Source: Promethearchaeota archaeon
GTDB lineage: Archaea > Asgardarchaeota > Lokiarchaeia > Sigyniarchaeales > SOKP01
Assembly: GCA_048938445.1 (NCBI GenBank)
Contig: JBHLME010000066.1
Coordinates: forward strand, 1 to 23,848
Length of the DNA: 23,848 nt
Direction: 5' to 3'
The notes beneath the pieces were generated by a model, which searched no databases, had not been told where the DNA came from, and worked only from the letters and a program-made list of their open reading frames with translations. This document shows positions 8,676-18,570 of this stretch, one piece after another; the first letter of the stretch is position 1, and each line of letters begins with the position of its first letter. The position numbers were made by a program, and so were the translations under genes.

Positions 8676-9998
8676 CTATTTAACTTGGAAAAAGTGATCT
8701 TCAAACTCGGGTTTATCTTTGTATTTTTGCATAAAGATCATTGGTGCCTTGTCTAAATTTTTAAAGATATATGAAGGGGCTCTAATTCCTGCCTGTCTAA
8801 GTGCTCCTTGGATTTCTTCTACTTCAGGAGGGCATCCTTTGATTGTTATTAATTCCTTGATATTCTCATTATCTTTATTCTTATTAATTTGACACTGACC
8901 AACCAAGATAGTCTTGTTCATTCCTGCGGTCGGTTCTAAGCACTTTCCTGTTAATACTTCGACATTATCAAAGGGTTCTCCTTTAAAAGCAGATTTAATG
9001 GCAACAAGGAGGACACCATTCAATGCTGAACAATACGTGCACATAGATTTATCGTATTTATGATATTTAATGCCAGTTATTCCTGCTTTTTGGTACGGGA
9101 GTGGCATGTCATCGTTTCCTGCATAAACGTAATCCCATTCGTGTGGAGATGCTAAATCTTCAATTTTTTCTCCAATTATTTCTATATCAGATAAATCTGT
9201 CTTACGGTTCCTACTTTTTGCGGCTATAACTAAATGTGGAACAGCAATGGGATCTATTCCTAATAAATTTGATCCAACAAGATCCGCTGATAATATATCT
9301 GTAGAAGCTACTAATATATTACTTCTATGTGCTTTTCCATCCATTGCAGGACCCCTTTCAAGGGTATAAATTCCATCAAGTATCGTTAAACTGGGAGGAA
9401 TTTTATTAGCTAATTGAGCTACATTATAATCAAGATCTCTTTCTGGGTCAGCACTATGAAATTTTTTCCTCGAGGGAATGCTAATCAATCCTTTAAGATT
9501 TTTAATTCCTAAGCTTACCACGCATTGAGCATGTGTTTTTAGAGCAGGAAGATCGATTAAAAAATCTGAATTTAACATGTCAGCATTCATTTTTACAGTT
9601 AAATCTTCTGTCAAATTAATTTTTTCAAATGGCCTATCAAAAGTATTATAAACTTTAATACCATGCTTCTTTATGAGAGCATTGTATCCAAGTTTTTCAA
9701 AAGCATCAGCAGGAGTTTCTTTATCTTTGGGATTTTCCGTGACGATTCCCTCACCAACAGTAATATCATTTACTCCTTTTTCTTTCAAGAGAGTAACAAC
9801 ATCTTCAACCACTCGGGATGTAGTAAGAACCTCCCACATTGGAAAAATGCAATGCCGATTCCAATAGACAATATTAGGTTTGATAAATACTTTCATATCT
9901 GGTTTTAAATGTTCAAATCCCTTCGCTAACTCGATTGCTTTACGGACTGATTCCAATGGCTCTTCATATTTTACAATAGATACTATTGAATTACTCAT
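8676..9998 (-). CDS. DUF362 domain-containing protein with C-terminal Fe-S binding domain
   Basis: VFIKPN, TVGEG, LPALKTH, SLGIKNLKG, ILDG..LERGP and ASTDILSAD. C-terminal CTYC...GQC...GCPP. Confidence 0.88.
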   Translation of the reverse strand: MSNSIVSIVKYEEPLESVRKAIELAKGFEHLKPDMKVFIKPNIVYWNRHCIFPMWEVLTTSRVVEDVVTLLKEKGVNDITVGEGIVTENPKDKETPADAFEKLGYNALIKKHGIKVYNTFDRPFEKINLTEDLTVKMNADMLNSDFLIDLPALKTHAQCVVSLGIKNLKGLISIPSRKKFHSADPERDLDYNVAQLANKIPPSLTILDGIYTLERGPAMDGKAHRSNILVASTDILSADLVGSNLLGIDPIAVPHLVIAAKSRNRKTDLSDIEIIGEKIEDLASPHEWDYVYAGNDDMPLPYQKAGITGIKYHKYDKSMCTYCSALNGVLLVAIKSAFKGEPFDNVEVLTGKCLEPTAGMNKTILVGQCQINKNKDNENIKELITIKGCPPEVEEIQGALRQAGIRAPSYIFKNLDKAPMIFMQKYKDKPEFEDHFFQVK

Positions 9999-10097
9999 GT
10001 ATTTACACTTAAATTTGAATAAATGAAATTCTCTATAATATTAGTTAAATATACTGTATGATTCATTATAAATTTTTTTTTAAAAAAGAATACGGGT

Positions 10098-10108
10098 AAA
10101 AAAAAAAA
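10098..10108 (-). terminator. Oligo-T tract, possible terminator after the P-type ATPase gene
   Basis: T11 on the minus strand lies just downstream of the stop at 10112. Confidence 0.45.
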
Positions 10109-10111
10109 GAA

Positions 10112-13042
10112 TTAAAAAACGATTCCTTTTCTTCGAGAAAAGTATTTGACGAATTCAAAGGAGACTATACATATCAAAGAAATTAAAAAACATACTAACC
10201 AATCTAATGCCGTGAGATACATTAGGCTAAAAGTATAGATATAGGGTTCTTCGTCTGAAGTAAATTTTAGCAATATTTGAAAATATGGAATGTACATTAG
10301 TGCTATTAACAAACAAAAAAGAAATAATAATATTGAATATAAAAAAGTATTATGATCTTCTTTAAAAGCTCTAATTAATGACTTATTTGGACGTCTAATT
10401 TGAAGTACTAAGAATGATTCACAAAAAAATAGAACAACCATTAACATTGTCAAAGTTTTTGCAATATATCTCTCACTTCCAGTATAAGTAGTAGTTGAAT
10501 ATAAGTAGGCATCATTGAGAATTCCAAAATTAAAATTTTCATTAAAAACAGGATAAATTTGTGTATAGCATATAAAATAGGTGATACTCATTGTTATTGA
10601 AAGTAGTATGCCAAATGATACCATCAAAATTAATGTATTTCTGGATAAAATTTCTTCTGAGTCTTTCGGTTTTTCTTTCATGACATCCTTAGAGGTTTTA
10701 TCAAATGTAATACCTAAGGCTGGAAATACATGCACGGTAATAGATAAAAAAACCCACATTAGATAATAAGTAGATTTTGGACTGACCCAATAAGGAAGTC
10801 CCAATCCTATATAAAAAATTACTTGAACTATTCCTTCAAAAATATTAGTACACACGAAAAATACAACAAGTGATCGAATTCTGGCAAAAATCCCCCTTCC
10901 TTGCTGGATACCTGTAACGATTGAATTAAATGAATCATCGGAAATGACCATATCCGCTGCTTCTTTTGCAACATCAGTACCTGTGATTCCCATTGCGATG
11001 CCAGCATCAGCTAAATTGAGTGCTAATGCGTCATTCACACCATCACCAGTCATCGCTACAACTCTCTTTTCTTTTTTATATTTTTTAACAATTTCTTGTT
11101 TATGTTCTGGAGAAACCCTTGCGAATACCTTGATTTTATCAAAATCGGCTGAATTTATAGCATCCTTTATGTCTTTCCCTTCAATTGTGATCTCATCTTG
11201 ATTTTTAATTATAGAAATTTGTTTTGCGATTGATTTCGCTGTTATTGGTGAATCTCCTGTAATCATTACAACATCGACTCCAGCTTCATGACAAGCCTCG
11301 ACAGATTCCTTTACACCTTCTCTGGGAGGATCCAATATAGTTACAAAACCTAAATATGTCAAGTCTGATTCAAATGTATCTCTATCATCATCTGAATGAG
11401 ATGGTAAAGCATAAAATTCTTTATAACATAAGCTTAAAATTCTATAACCTTGACCAGCATAAAAATCAACTTTTTCCATTATTTCATTTTTTAGTTTCTC
11501 AGAAAACTCTACATTCGCATCTTTATATAAAATTTTTGAGCATAATGGAAGCAAGACTTCTGAAGCACCTTTCGTGAATGAGTAATGTTTTTCTTCCCTT
11601 CTGTAAATTTTAGTCATTCTTTTAATTTTCGAGTCAAATGGATATTCCTTGATTTGTTCATAGTCCTCTAAAATATAATCTCCCATACCCTTTTGGAATA
11701 ACACCATTAAAGCTCCTTCCGTCGGAGATCCTACTACATTCCATGTAGGAATGATTTTAGAACCCACTTCAATTTCATTTTTAACAAGCGCCGAATTGTT
11801 ATTCAAGAAACCTGAAATTAAAACGAATTTTAAATGCGGATGATTTTCTACATGTTTTACAAATACAGGATTCTTGGGATCATCCATTTTAATGATCTCA
11901 CCTTCAGGAGAGTAACCACTTCCAGTTACTTTAAAAATTGAACCATTTGTCCATATATTCTGCACGCACATTTGATTTTTAGTTAATGTTCCAGTCTTAT
12001 CGGAGCAAACTACACTAACTCTTCCAAGACTGTCAACAGAGGCTATATTTCGAATAATTACTCCTTGATGAGCCATTGCTAAAAGTCCCGTAAGGAGCAC
12101 AATTGTAGTCACTAATGGTAAATTTATAGGCATTAAATCCATTGTAGAATTCAAATAACCAACAGGATCGAAAATTTCACTATTGGGATTAAAATTTATA
12201 ATAATAAGTTGAATTAATTTTATTAACATTAATAATCCCCATAATCCCATTACCATTATCCCTAACCATTTACCAAAATGATTCATTTTTTGGCGAATTG
12301 GAATATCACTTGTACCTGCTAATTCTAATTGATGAGACAATTTTCCTATCTCCGTATTTGGGCCTGTCTTAACTACTACGGCTTTCCCATTTCCTATAGT
12401 GACATAAGTACCATAAAATACCATATTTTTTCGTTCTCCAATAGAAATTTCCTTATCAAAATTGAGTGCCCTCCCATCAGATAATTTCTTTGCAGATTCA
12501 CTTTCTCCTGTAAGAGAGGCTTCATTTGCCTCCATATTTGCGCATTCAATTATTCTTGCATCCGCCGGGATTTTATCTCCTTGATTTATAACTAAAATAT
12601 CTCCTACTACTACATTTTTCGTTGTAATTTCAATTTTTTGACTGTCTCTTATTATTGTAGCTGTAGGTGCCGATAATTCGCGTAATGCATTTAATTTTTT
12701 TGTTGCTCGATATTGTTGGAATATTGCGATAGAACAATTTACCAATACAATTAATAGTGTCAATCCTATAGTAACCAGAGCGCTTCCTCCACCAACTAAA
12801 GATAAAATGAACATGATAAGGGCTCCAATTAGGTAAATAACTATAAGCCAATTAAATAAGGGTGCTAGATACACTTTTATAAAGCCTTTAGAAACTTTAG
12901 GGATTTCATTGAAACCATATAATTCTAAGCGTTTATTAGCTTCTTCCGTGCTCAATCCTTGTTTAGAATTTGTTTCAAGTTCTTCAAAAATGGTATTCAA
13001 TTCCCGGGCGTAATATGGAATTTCCATTGAAATATCATCCAA
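10112..13042 (-). CDS. P-type ATPase, P2A-like scaffold with atypical transport site (paralog 1)
   Basis: LTGES, CSDKTGTLT, KGASE, DPPR, MITGD, ARVSPEHK, MTGDGVNDA and about 10 TM segments. TM4 reads MDLMPINLP. The start is TTG 13042 or ATG 13027. Confidence 0.95.
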   Translation of the reverse strand: MDDISMEIPYYARELNTIFEELETNSKQGLSTEEANKRLELYGFNEIPKVSKGFIKVYLAPLFNWLIVIYLIGALIMFILSLVGGGSALVTIGLTLLIVLVNCSIAIFQQYRATKKLNALRELSAPTATIIRDSQKIEITTKNVVVGDILVINQGDKIPADARIIECANMEANEASLTGESESAKKLSDGRALNFDKEISIGERKNMVFYGTYVTIGNGKAVVVKTGPNTEIGKLSHQLELAGTSDIPIRQKMNHFGKWLGIMVMGLWGLLMLIKLIQLIIINFNPNSEIFDPVGYLNSTMDLMPINLPLVTTIVLLTGLLAMAHQGVIIRNIASVDSLGRVSVVCSDKTGTLTKNQMCVQNIWTNGSIFKVTGSGYSPEGEIIKMDDPKNPVFVKHVENHPHLKFVLISGFLNNNSALVKNEIEVGSKIIPTWNVVGSPTEGALMVLFQKGMGDYILEDYEQIKEYPFDSKIKRMTKIYRREEKHYSFTKGASEVLLPLCSKILYKDANVEFSEKLKNEIMEKVDFYAGQGYRILSLCYKEFYALPSHSDDDRDTFESDLTYLGFVTILDPPREGVKESVEACHEAGVDVVMITGDSPITAKSIAKQISIIKNQDEITIEGKDIKDAINSADFDKIKVFARVSPEHKQEIVKKYKKEKRVVAMTGDGVNDALALNLADAGIAMGITGTDVAKEAADMVISDDSFNSIVTGIQQGRGIFARIRSLVVFFVCTNIFEGIVQVIFYIGLGLPYWVSPKSTYYLMWVFLSITVHVFPALGITFDKTSKDVMKEKPKDSEEILSRNTLILMVSFGILLSITMSITYFICYTQIYPVFNENFNFGILNDAYLYSTTTYTGSERYIAKTLTMLMVVLFFCESFLVLQIRRPNKSLIRAFKEDHNTFLYSILLFLFCLLIALMYIPYFQILLKFTSDEEPYIYTFSLMYLTALDWLVCFLISLICIVSFEFVKYFSRRKGIVF

Positions 13043-13198
13043 TAAAATGTAATTTCTAATTTTATAATTAAAAATATTATATAGTAATAATAAAAATAGT
13101 TATGCTATTTATTATTATTGGAATGAGATATGACTAATCTTTAATTATAATCAATAAGATCTTAAAACTATAAAAAAAGAAAGGAAAATTAATGGGAA

Positions 13199-16060
13199 TT
13201 AAAAAACAATATTTTTCTTTCTTGCGATAAATTTAATTATTTCTATTCCAAATAATCCTGGAAATGAAAGAAAAATACATATTAGCCAATCATATGGGCT
13301 GAGAAAGAGAAAATTCAATTGAAGGGGAAGATTCCACTGATCATTAATTACTGTATTTACAGGATATGAAAATAAAACGAGTAGTACGTGAATACCTAAA
13401 GTAAACATACAAATCGTAAATAAAGTAATATTAAATTCTTCTTTAATGCTTTTTATTATCGATTTATTTAATCTTCTAACAGCCCATATAAAATTTGTTT
13501 CTGTAATAAATACGGTAGTAAAAAACATAGTTCTTGCCTTCATCTCCAATATTTCGCCCTCTTTTATTGTTACAATTGATGGCGGAAAATAACTTAATGA
13601 TGGATTAATATTGAATTCATTTAAGGGAATAAAATTTCCTAAGGTTAATTGGAGTGCGAATACGACTCCTATTCCCATCAAGAAGGAATGAATTATTAAA
13701 ATAATCCAAATGTTTTTGTTAAGTATTTCTTCACCATTTCTAGGCATTTCATTCATAATATCCTTTGGAGGTTTATCAATTACAAGCCCGAGAGAAATTA
13801 ATCCGTGTATAATTGTAAAGATATATACATGTTGCCAATTTGATGAGAATATTTCGAATATTGGAATAAAACTATAAAAAAAATAAATAAATCCTTCCAT
13901 CAAATTTAAACATATAAAGAAATATATGAGTAATCTAATATTTGAAAAGATGCCTCTTCCAATTTGAATTCCTTTCACGATTGAGGTGAAATTATCATCT
14001 GTAAGGATGATATCTGCAGTTTCCTTAGCTATGTCTGTTCCTTTAATGCCCATAGCTATACCTATTTCAGCTTTTTTAAGTGCTAATGCATCGTTAATTC
14101 CATCACCAGTCATCGCGACAACTTTTTCCATCTTTTGATATTGTTCCACAATTAATTCTTTATCAGAAGGATTAACTCGAGAATAAACAGTTATGTTTTG
14201 AAATTGATTTCTTTTAAAATATTTAATGCTTAATCCTTCAACAACCATCTCTCTTTCAGATTCATCAAGTATTCCTATGCTTGAAGCGATTGTTTTAGCC
14301 GTAAGTGGATGATCTCCGGTTATCATTATTACTTTTATTCCTGCATACTTGCATACCTTCACTGATTGTTTAACCTCAAATCGAGGAGGATCCATTATTG
14401 AGACAAATCCCAAGTATATGAGATTTTTTTCAAGTTTTTCTCTATCTAATTCATCATATTTATCCAAGTTTTTATAGGCAATGCTCAAAATTCTATAACC
14501 TTCTGAAGCACGTTGAAAAATCATATCAACAAGTTTATATCTTATTTCATCATTCATTTCTTCGACCTTTCCATCAATTTCAATAAATGAAGAATCTTCA
14601 AGAATGATCTCTGCTGCACCCTTAGAGAACAATAGATATGAATCCTCTAAAGTATCTAATTTACAAATTGATGACATTTTTTTTAATTCAGAGGTAAATG
14701 GAAATTCTCTTATAACTTTAAAATTTTTTCGTATATTATCAATTTTATATCCTGCTTTTTCAGCAAGCACTAATAATGCTGCTTCTGTGGGAGAACCAAT
14801 AATTTGTTTAATAGCCTTTTGAAATTTATGATTAATAGATTTATTAATTCCCTCGAAAAGTAATTCAGCAGTATTATTTACTACGATCGAAGCAATAAAT
14901 TTTTGAAAATTTGGATTGTCGCTAAGATCAATCATATTTCCATCTAGATAAATTTGTCCATTAATTTCATATCCAGAACCATCAACATCATATTCTTTTT
15001 CATTTAACCAAAATTTTTGCACGCACATTTCATTTTTTGTAATAGTCCCCGTTTTATCAGAACATAATACTGAAACGCGTCCTAGTGATTCAATGGAAGT
15101 CAGATTTTTGATAATAACACCACTTTGTGCCATTTTAAGAACTCCTGTTATTATCACTAGAGTTGTTACTAAAGGTAAATTAACTGGTACAATATTCATG
15201 GCTATTAAGATTGAATCAATTAAAACGCGATTGATGTTTTTATCCAAAAAAATGATTTGATAGATGATTAGAATAAAACAATTTATAAATACAACGCTTC
15301 CTAAGATATATCCTAACCGATTTAATTTTTTAACTAATGGGATTTCTTCGATACTTCCCATTTCATTTAAAGAATAAGAAATTTTACCTATTTCTGTCTT
15401 AGTTCCTGTATTAGTAACTAAAATCTTTGCTTTACCAGTATCTACAAAAGTTCCCATGAATACCATGTTTGTTTGATGATGAATAAAAACATCATTATCA
15501 GAAATTATTTCACAATTTTTCTCAACAGGTTCACTTTCACCTGTTAAGGGAGCTTCTTCAATGGTTAAATCGCTCGATTCAAAAATTCTACCATCCGCAG
15601 GTATTTTATCTCCTGATTTTATTATGATAATATCTCCAGGTACGAGATCTTTATTCAAAACTTGAATCTTATGACCATTTCTTATAACTGTTGCTTTTAA
15701 AGTCGAAATTTTCTTTAAAGATTCAAGAGCCTTTTGAGCTCTGTATTGTTGTATAATAGCTATAGCAGAATTAATAAATATAACAAATAAAGTAATAATT
15801 GTTGAGAAATAATCACCCAGTAATATTATGATGAGTGATGATATTATCAGAATAATGATCAAAAAATTGAAGAAAGGAGATAAATATATTTTCCAATATG
15901 ATTTTTTGACTTTTGGTAGTTCATTCAAACCATACTTTAATTGTCGTATGTTAATTTCATTTGGATTTAATCCCGTTTCAAGATTTGTTTTAAAATAATA
16001 AACTAATTCTTCTATCGATTGATTAAAAAATAATTTTTCATTAATAGATGATGAGATCAT
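13199..16060 (-). CDS. P-type ATPase, P2A-like scaffold with atypical transport site (paralog 2)
   Basis: LTGES, CSDKTGTIT, KGAAE, DPPR, MITGDH, SRVNPSDK, MTGDGINDA and about 10 TM segments. TM4 reads MNIVPVNLP. Confidence 0.95.
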   Translation of the reverse strand: MISSSINEKLFFNQSIEELVYYFKTNLETGLNPNEINIRQLKYGLNELPKVKKSYWKIYLSPFFNFLIIILIISSLIIILLGDYFSTIITLFVIFINSAIAIIQQYRAQKALESLKKISTLKATVIRNGHKIQVLNKDLVPGDIIIIKSGDKIPADGRIFESSDLTIEEAPLTGESEPVEKNCEIISDNDVFIHHQTNMVFMGTFVDTGKAKILVTNTGTKTEIGKISYSLNEMGSIEEIPLVKKLNRLGYILGSVVFINCFILIIYQIIFLDKNINRVLIDSILIAMNIVPVNLPLVTTLVIITGVLKMAQSGVIIKNLTSIESLGRVSVLCSDKTGTITKNEMCVQKFWLNEKEYDVDGSGYEINGQIYLDGNMIDLSDNPNFQKFIASIVVNNTAELLFEGINKSINHKFQKAIKQIIGSPTEAALLVLAEKAGYKIDNIRKNFKVIREFPFTSELKKMSSICKLDTLEDSYLLFSKGAAEIILEDSSFIEIDGKVEEMNDEIRYKLVDMIFQRASEGYRILSIAYKNLDKYDELDREKLEKNLIYLGFVSIMDPPRFEVKQSVKVCKYAGIKVIMITGDHPLTAKTIASSIGILDESEREMVVEGLSIKYFKRNQFQNITVYSRVNPSDKELIVEQYQKMEKVVAMTGDGINDALALKKAEIGIAMGIKGTDIAKETADIILTDDNFTSIVKGIQIGRGIFSNIRLLIYFFICLNLMEGFIYFFYSFIPIFEIFSSNWQHVYIFTIIHGLISLGLVIDKPPKDIMNEMPRNGEEILNKNIWIILIIHSFLMGIGVVFALQLTLGNFIPLNEFNINPSLSYFPPSIVTIKEGEILEMKARTMFFTTVFITETNFIWAVRRLNKSIIKSIKEEFNITLFTICMFTLGIHVLLVLFSYPVNTVINDQWNLPLQLNFLFLSPYDWLICIFLSFPGLFGIEIIKFIARKKNIVF

Positions 16061-16191
16061 TTTAGTTTATTATGAAATAAAAGAACAATTTGATAAATAT
16101 AATATAATCTAAATAAATTCAAGAAATATTAATTATTGTGATTTTTTTAAGGATTTTCTAAATAGATTGTCATTAAACAATTCTTATTGTT

Positions 16192-17133
16192 TTAAAGTTT
16201 TTTTTTAGGATCACCAAGGTTCTGTTTTAAACCTTGATATTTCTTTCGAATAGTCGTACTTGAAAATCCAGTTGTTTCTTCAATTAGCGATTGTGTAAAA
16301 ATTTTTCGTTTATCTACTAATTGTCCAACATAATAAACTAAGCCTGCAGTAAAAGCTTTATAATTTAGGTTTTTTAAATCTTTATAACTAATTTTTTGAA
16401 GCAAATCATTTGCCATTAGAAGCATTTCTATCTTAGATTTCTCATATTCAGATGTATCATTAAAAAATTCATTTACTTTATTAAATGGAATGGAATTCAA
16501 ATTCTTTTGAAATAAGATCTTTATTTTTTCTTTTATATCACGTTCTATGTCCGATTCTGTCTTTATCTTCTTCTTTCTTTTCTTTTCAACATTTTTAATT
16601 TTAAGCATTGCATTGTTTAACATTTTCTTATTTATCTTATGGCCAAGTTCATTACATACTTCGATAAAATGTTCTATTCGAATATTTGTCGTATCTTTAA
16701 CTTCCATCCAAATAATAGCTAGAAAAATGATTACCATGTTTTGATAGGGTTTCCGATATTTTTTACTATAAATTAGATATCGATCCTTAATTTCTTGAAA
16801 TTTTACTTGATCTATATTCAAACCAATTCCATATCCTTTTAATAAGTCAATAGTTTTTTTCTGTTCGCTAAATGAACCAACTGAATCACGAAACCATTTT
16901 TCTAAAGTTAAAATTTTATTATATTGTTCCTTTATTTTAGGATCTTGGGTTGCTTTTGAATCTCTTCTTCTTATACCCCTTTCATAATCTCTTTGTGAAT
17001 CTGAAAATTCACTTATAATGCTTGATTTATCAAAATCCATTCCGCCATCTAAGACTATACCACAATCCTGGCAAACAAGGAATCCTGCTTCAACTTTAGT
17101 ATTCTTATGTAAACATTCTTGGATTTCGTTCAT
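16192..17133 (-). CDS. Divergent transcription initiation factor IIB (TFB)-like protein
   Basis: N-terminal Zn ribbon CLH...GFLVCQDCGIVLD. C-terminal cyclin-fold/HTH AFTAGLVYYVG...FTQSLIEETTGFSSTTIRKKY matches the TFB pattern AAA.YIA...TQ..IA...GV...TIR..Y. Length is TFB-like. Confidence 0.78.
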   Translation of the reverse strand: MNEIQECLHKNTKVEAGFLVCQDCGIVLDGGMDFDKSSIISEFSDSQRDYERGIRRRDSKATQDPKIKEQYNKILTLEKWFRDSVGSFSEQKKTIDLLKGYGIGLNIDQVKFQEIKDRYLIYSKKYRKPYQNMVIIFLAIIWMEVKDTTNIRIEHFIEVCNELGHKINKKMLNNAMLKIKNVEKKRKKKIKTESDIERDIKEKIKILFQKNLNSIPFNKVNEFFNDTSEYEKSKIEMLLMANDLLQKISYKDLKNLNYKAFTAGLVYYVGQLVDKRKIFTQSLIEETTGFSSTTIRKKYQGLKQNLGDPKKKL

Positions 17134-17262
17134 GCCTTCCTAAATATCAACCTTTAATAAATTTTTTACGAAATATTAACCTTCAAAAACAATAAAAGCT
17201 TAAATTATTTTAAGTTATCTTATATTATATTTATTTTTGAGTATAATGAGGAAATAACTAAA

Positions 17263-17823
17263 ATGGAACGAGAAATCATTGATAAATGTTTGAAATATTT
17301 TAGTATACTAATATTCATTACCTCTTTAGTTGAATTAATCCTTGCTATAATTATAAGTCTAATCCCTATAATAGTTAATTCAGAAGTGATACCACTTATA
17401 AATTTCATACTTTCAGATAGTTTTCAAATTGCAGGAAGTGTTTCATGGATTCTTACGATAATAACTCCATTATTTACATTAATTCTTGGTCTATTTTTGT
17501 ATTTTATTATAACTAAGAAACAAATTAGTATTGAATACTTATCTAAATATATGATGGTATTTGGATTGATCATCATGATTGGAACTTTTATTAAATTAGA
17601 ATATCAATATATATTACAAAAAGTATCTGTTGTTATAGGAACAGATACTAAACAATTTTTACTTGTCTTAATCGATCCTTCAATAACTCCTTTTTCTGTA
17701 TTAGTTCTATGGACGATTCAGACGAGTATCTATTGTGGATATACCGTGCTTGCAATAGTAATAACTGCTGGTGGATTGAATAAAAGCTTAAAAATCGAGA
17801 AAGATCAAGAAAGTAGATCATAA
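17263..17823 (+). CDS. Hypothetical membrane protein (about 4 TM helices)
   Basis: 186 aa with ATG start and upstream GAGGA, four long hydrophobic segments and charged termini. No family recognised. Confidence 0.75.
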   Translation: MEREIIDKCLKYFSILIFITSLVELILAIIISLIPIIVNSEVIPLINFILSDSFQIAGSVSWILTIITPLFTLILGLFLYFIITKKQISIEYLSKYMMVFGLIIMIGTFIKLEYQYILQKVSVVIGTDTKQFLLVLIDPSITPFSVLVLWTIQTSIYCGYTVLAIVITAGGLNKSLKIEKDQESRS

Positions 17824-17839
17824 AATTCATTTTATTTGC

Positions 17840-18310
17840 TCAAAGAATTGCATTCCATGAAGCTATAACATGCTCTTTATCTACTTTAAAAACCTTCATC
17901 ATTTTGTCCCATTTGATATGAGATAAAATCCCTCTTGGAAATTTATTATCTATAGCATTAGCGATGCCTTTTATAAATTCTATGTCATCAGAATAAATAT
18001 CTATCTTAATTATATGATTACTCCCCTTATGAATATTCATACCTTTCACGTGACATTCAATATCAACAAAAACATCAATATTTGGAGCCAAAATATATAC
18101 ATTTTTATTCCGAGTTGCCCTCGATAATTCCTTTACTGTGGAACCATCATTATATTTTAAAAATTTTTTAATTGCATATACTGTATCTGGTACATAAGTA
18201 TTGATAAAATTACCATCAGAGCGAGCCCTTCTTCCAGTGCCAAAAAGAGTAGTTTTAGGTAAGCTTAGGAGATTTAATTTTTTTGCCCTTCTTTTTAAGA
18301 ATTTTGTCAT
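17840..18310 (-). CDS. Hypothetical protein with basic N-terminus
   Basis: Open frame with protein-like composition. ATG at 18310 (MTKFLKRRAKK) is preferred to TTG at 18325. No family recognised. Confidence 0.7.
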   Translation of the reverse strand: MTKFLKRRAKKLNLLSLPKTTLFGTGRRARSDGNFINTYVPDTVYAIKKFLKYNDGSTVKELSRATRNKNVYILAPNIDVFVDIECHVKGMNIHKGSNHIIKIDIYSDDIEFIKGIANAIDNKFPRGILSHIKWDKMMKVFKVDKEHVIASWNAIL

Positions 18311-18546
18311 AATTAAAAAGTACAAATTGGTTTATTTAAATCCACAAGGTAGGATTTTTTACATAATAATATTTACTTACAAATCCATAATAAAAAGTAT
18401 GGTAGAGAAAATCTTGAAACTGTTTTTTAATTATAAAAATAAAAAAACCTATAAAAGTTAAAATTTAATTCAATGATAAATATCTCATCATCATTGATAA
18501 TGCTTTAAAAGACACTGGATAGAACAATAAAGATAATTCGTAAAAA

Positions 18547-18570
18547 AATTATTATAACGTTATAATAATT
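18547..18570. repeat. Perfect 24-bp palindrome AATTATTATAACGTTATAATAATT
   Basis: Read directly; the sequence equals its own reverse complement. It is intergenic, downstream of tfb. Confidence 0.85.

Noticed and set aside
10112-16060. Annotation of the ATPases as ordinary Ca2+-ATPases or as true P4 flippases
   Set aside because: Ca2+ site II residues are missing, while P4 hallmarks (DGET, TM5 YKN, CDC50 partner) are also absent. The substrate is left unassigned.
18485-18494. Box C-like ATGATGA on the minus strand suggesting a C/D sRNA
   Set aside because: No CTGA box D was found at a suitable distance downstream.
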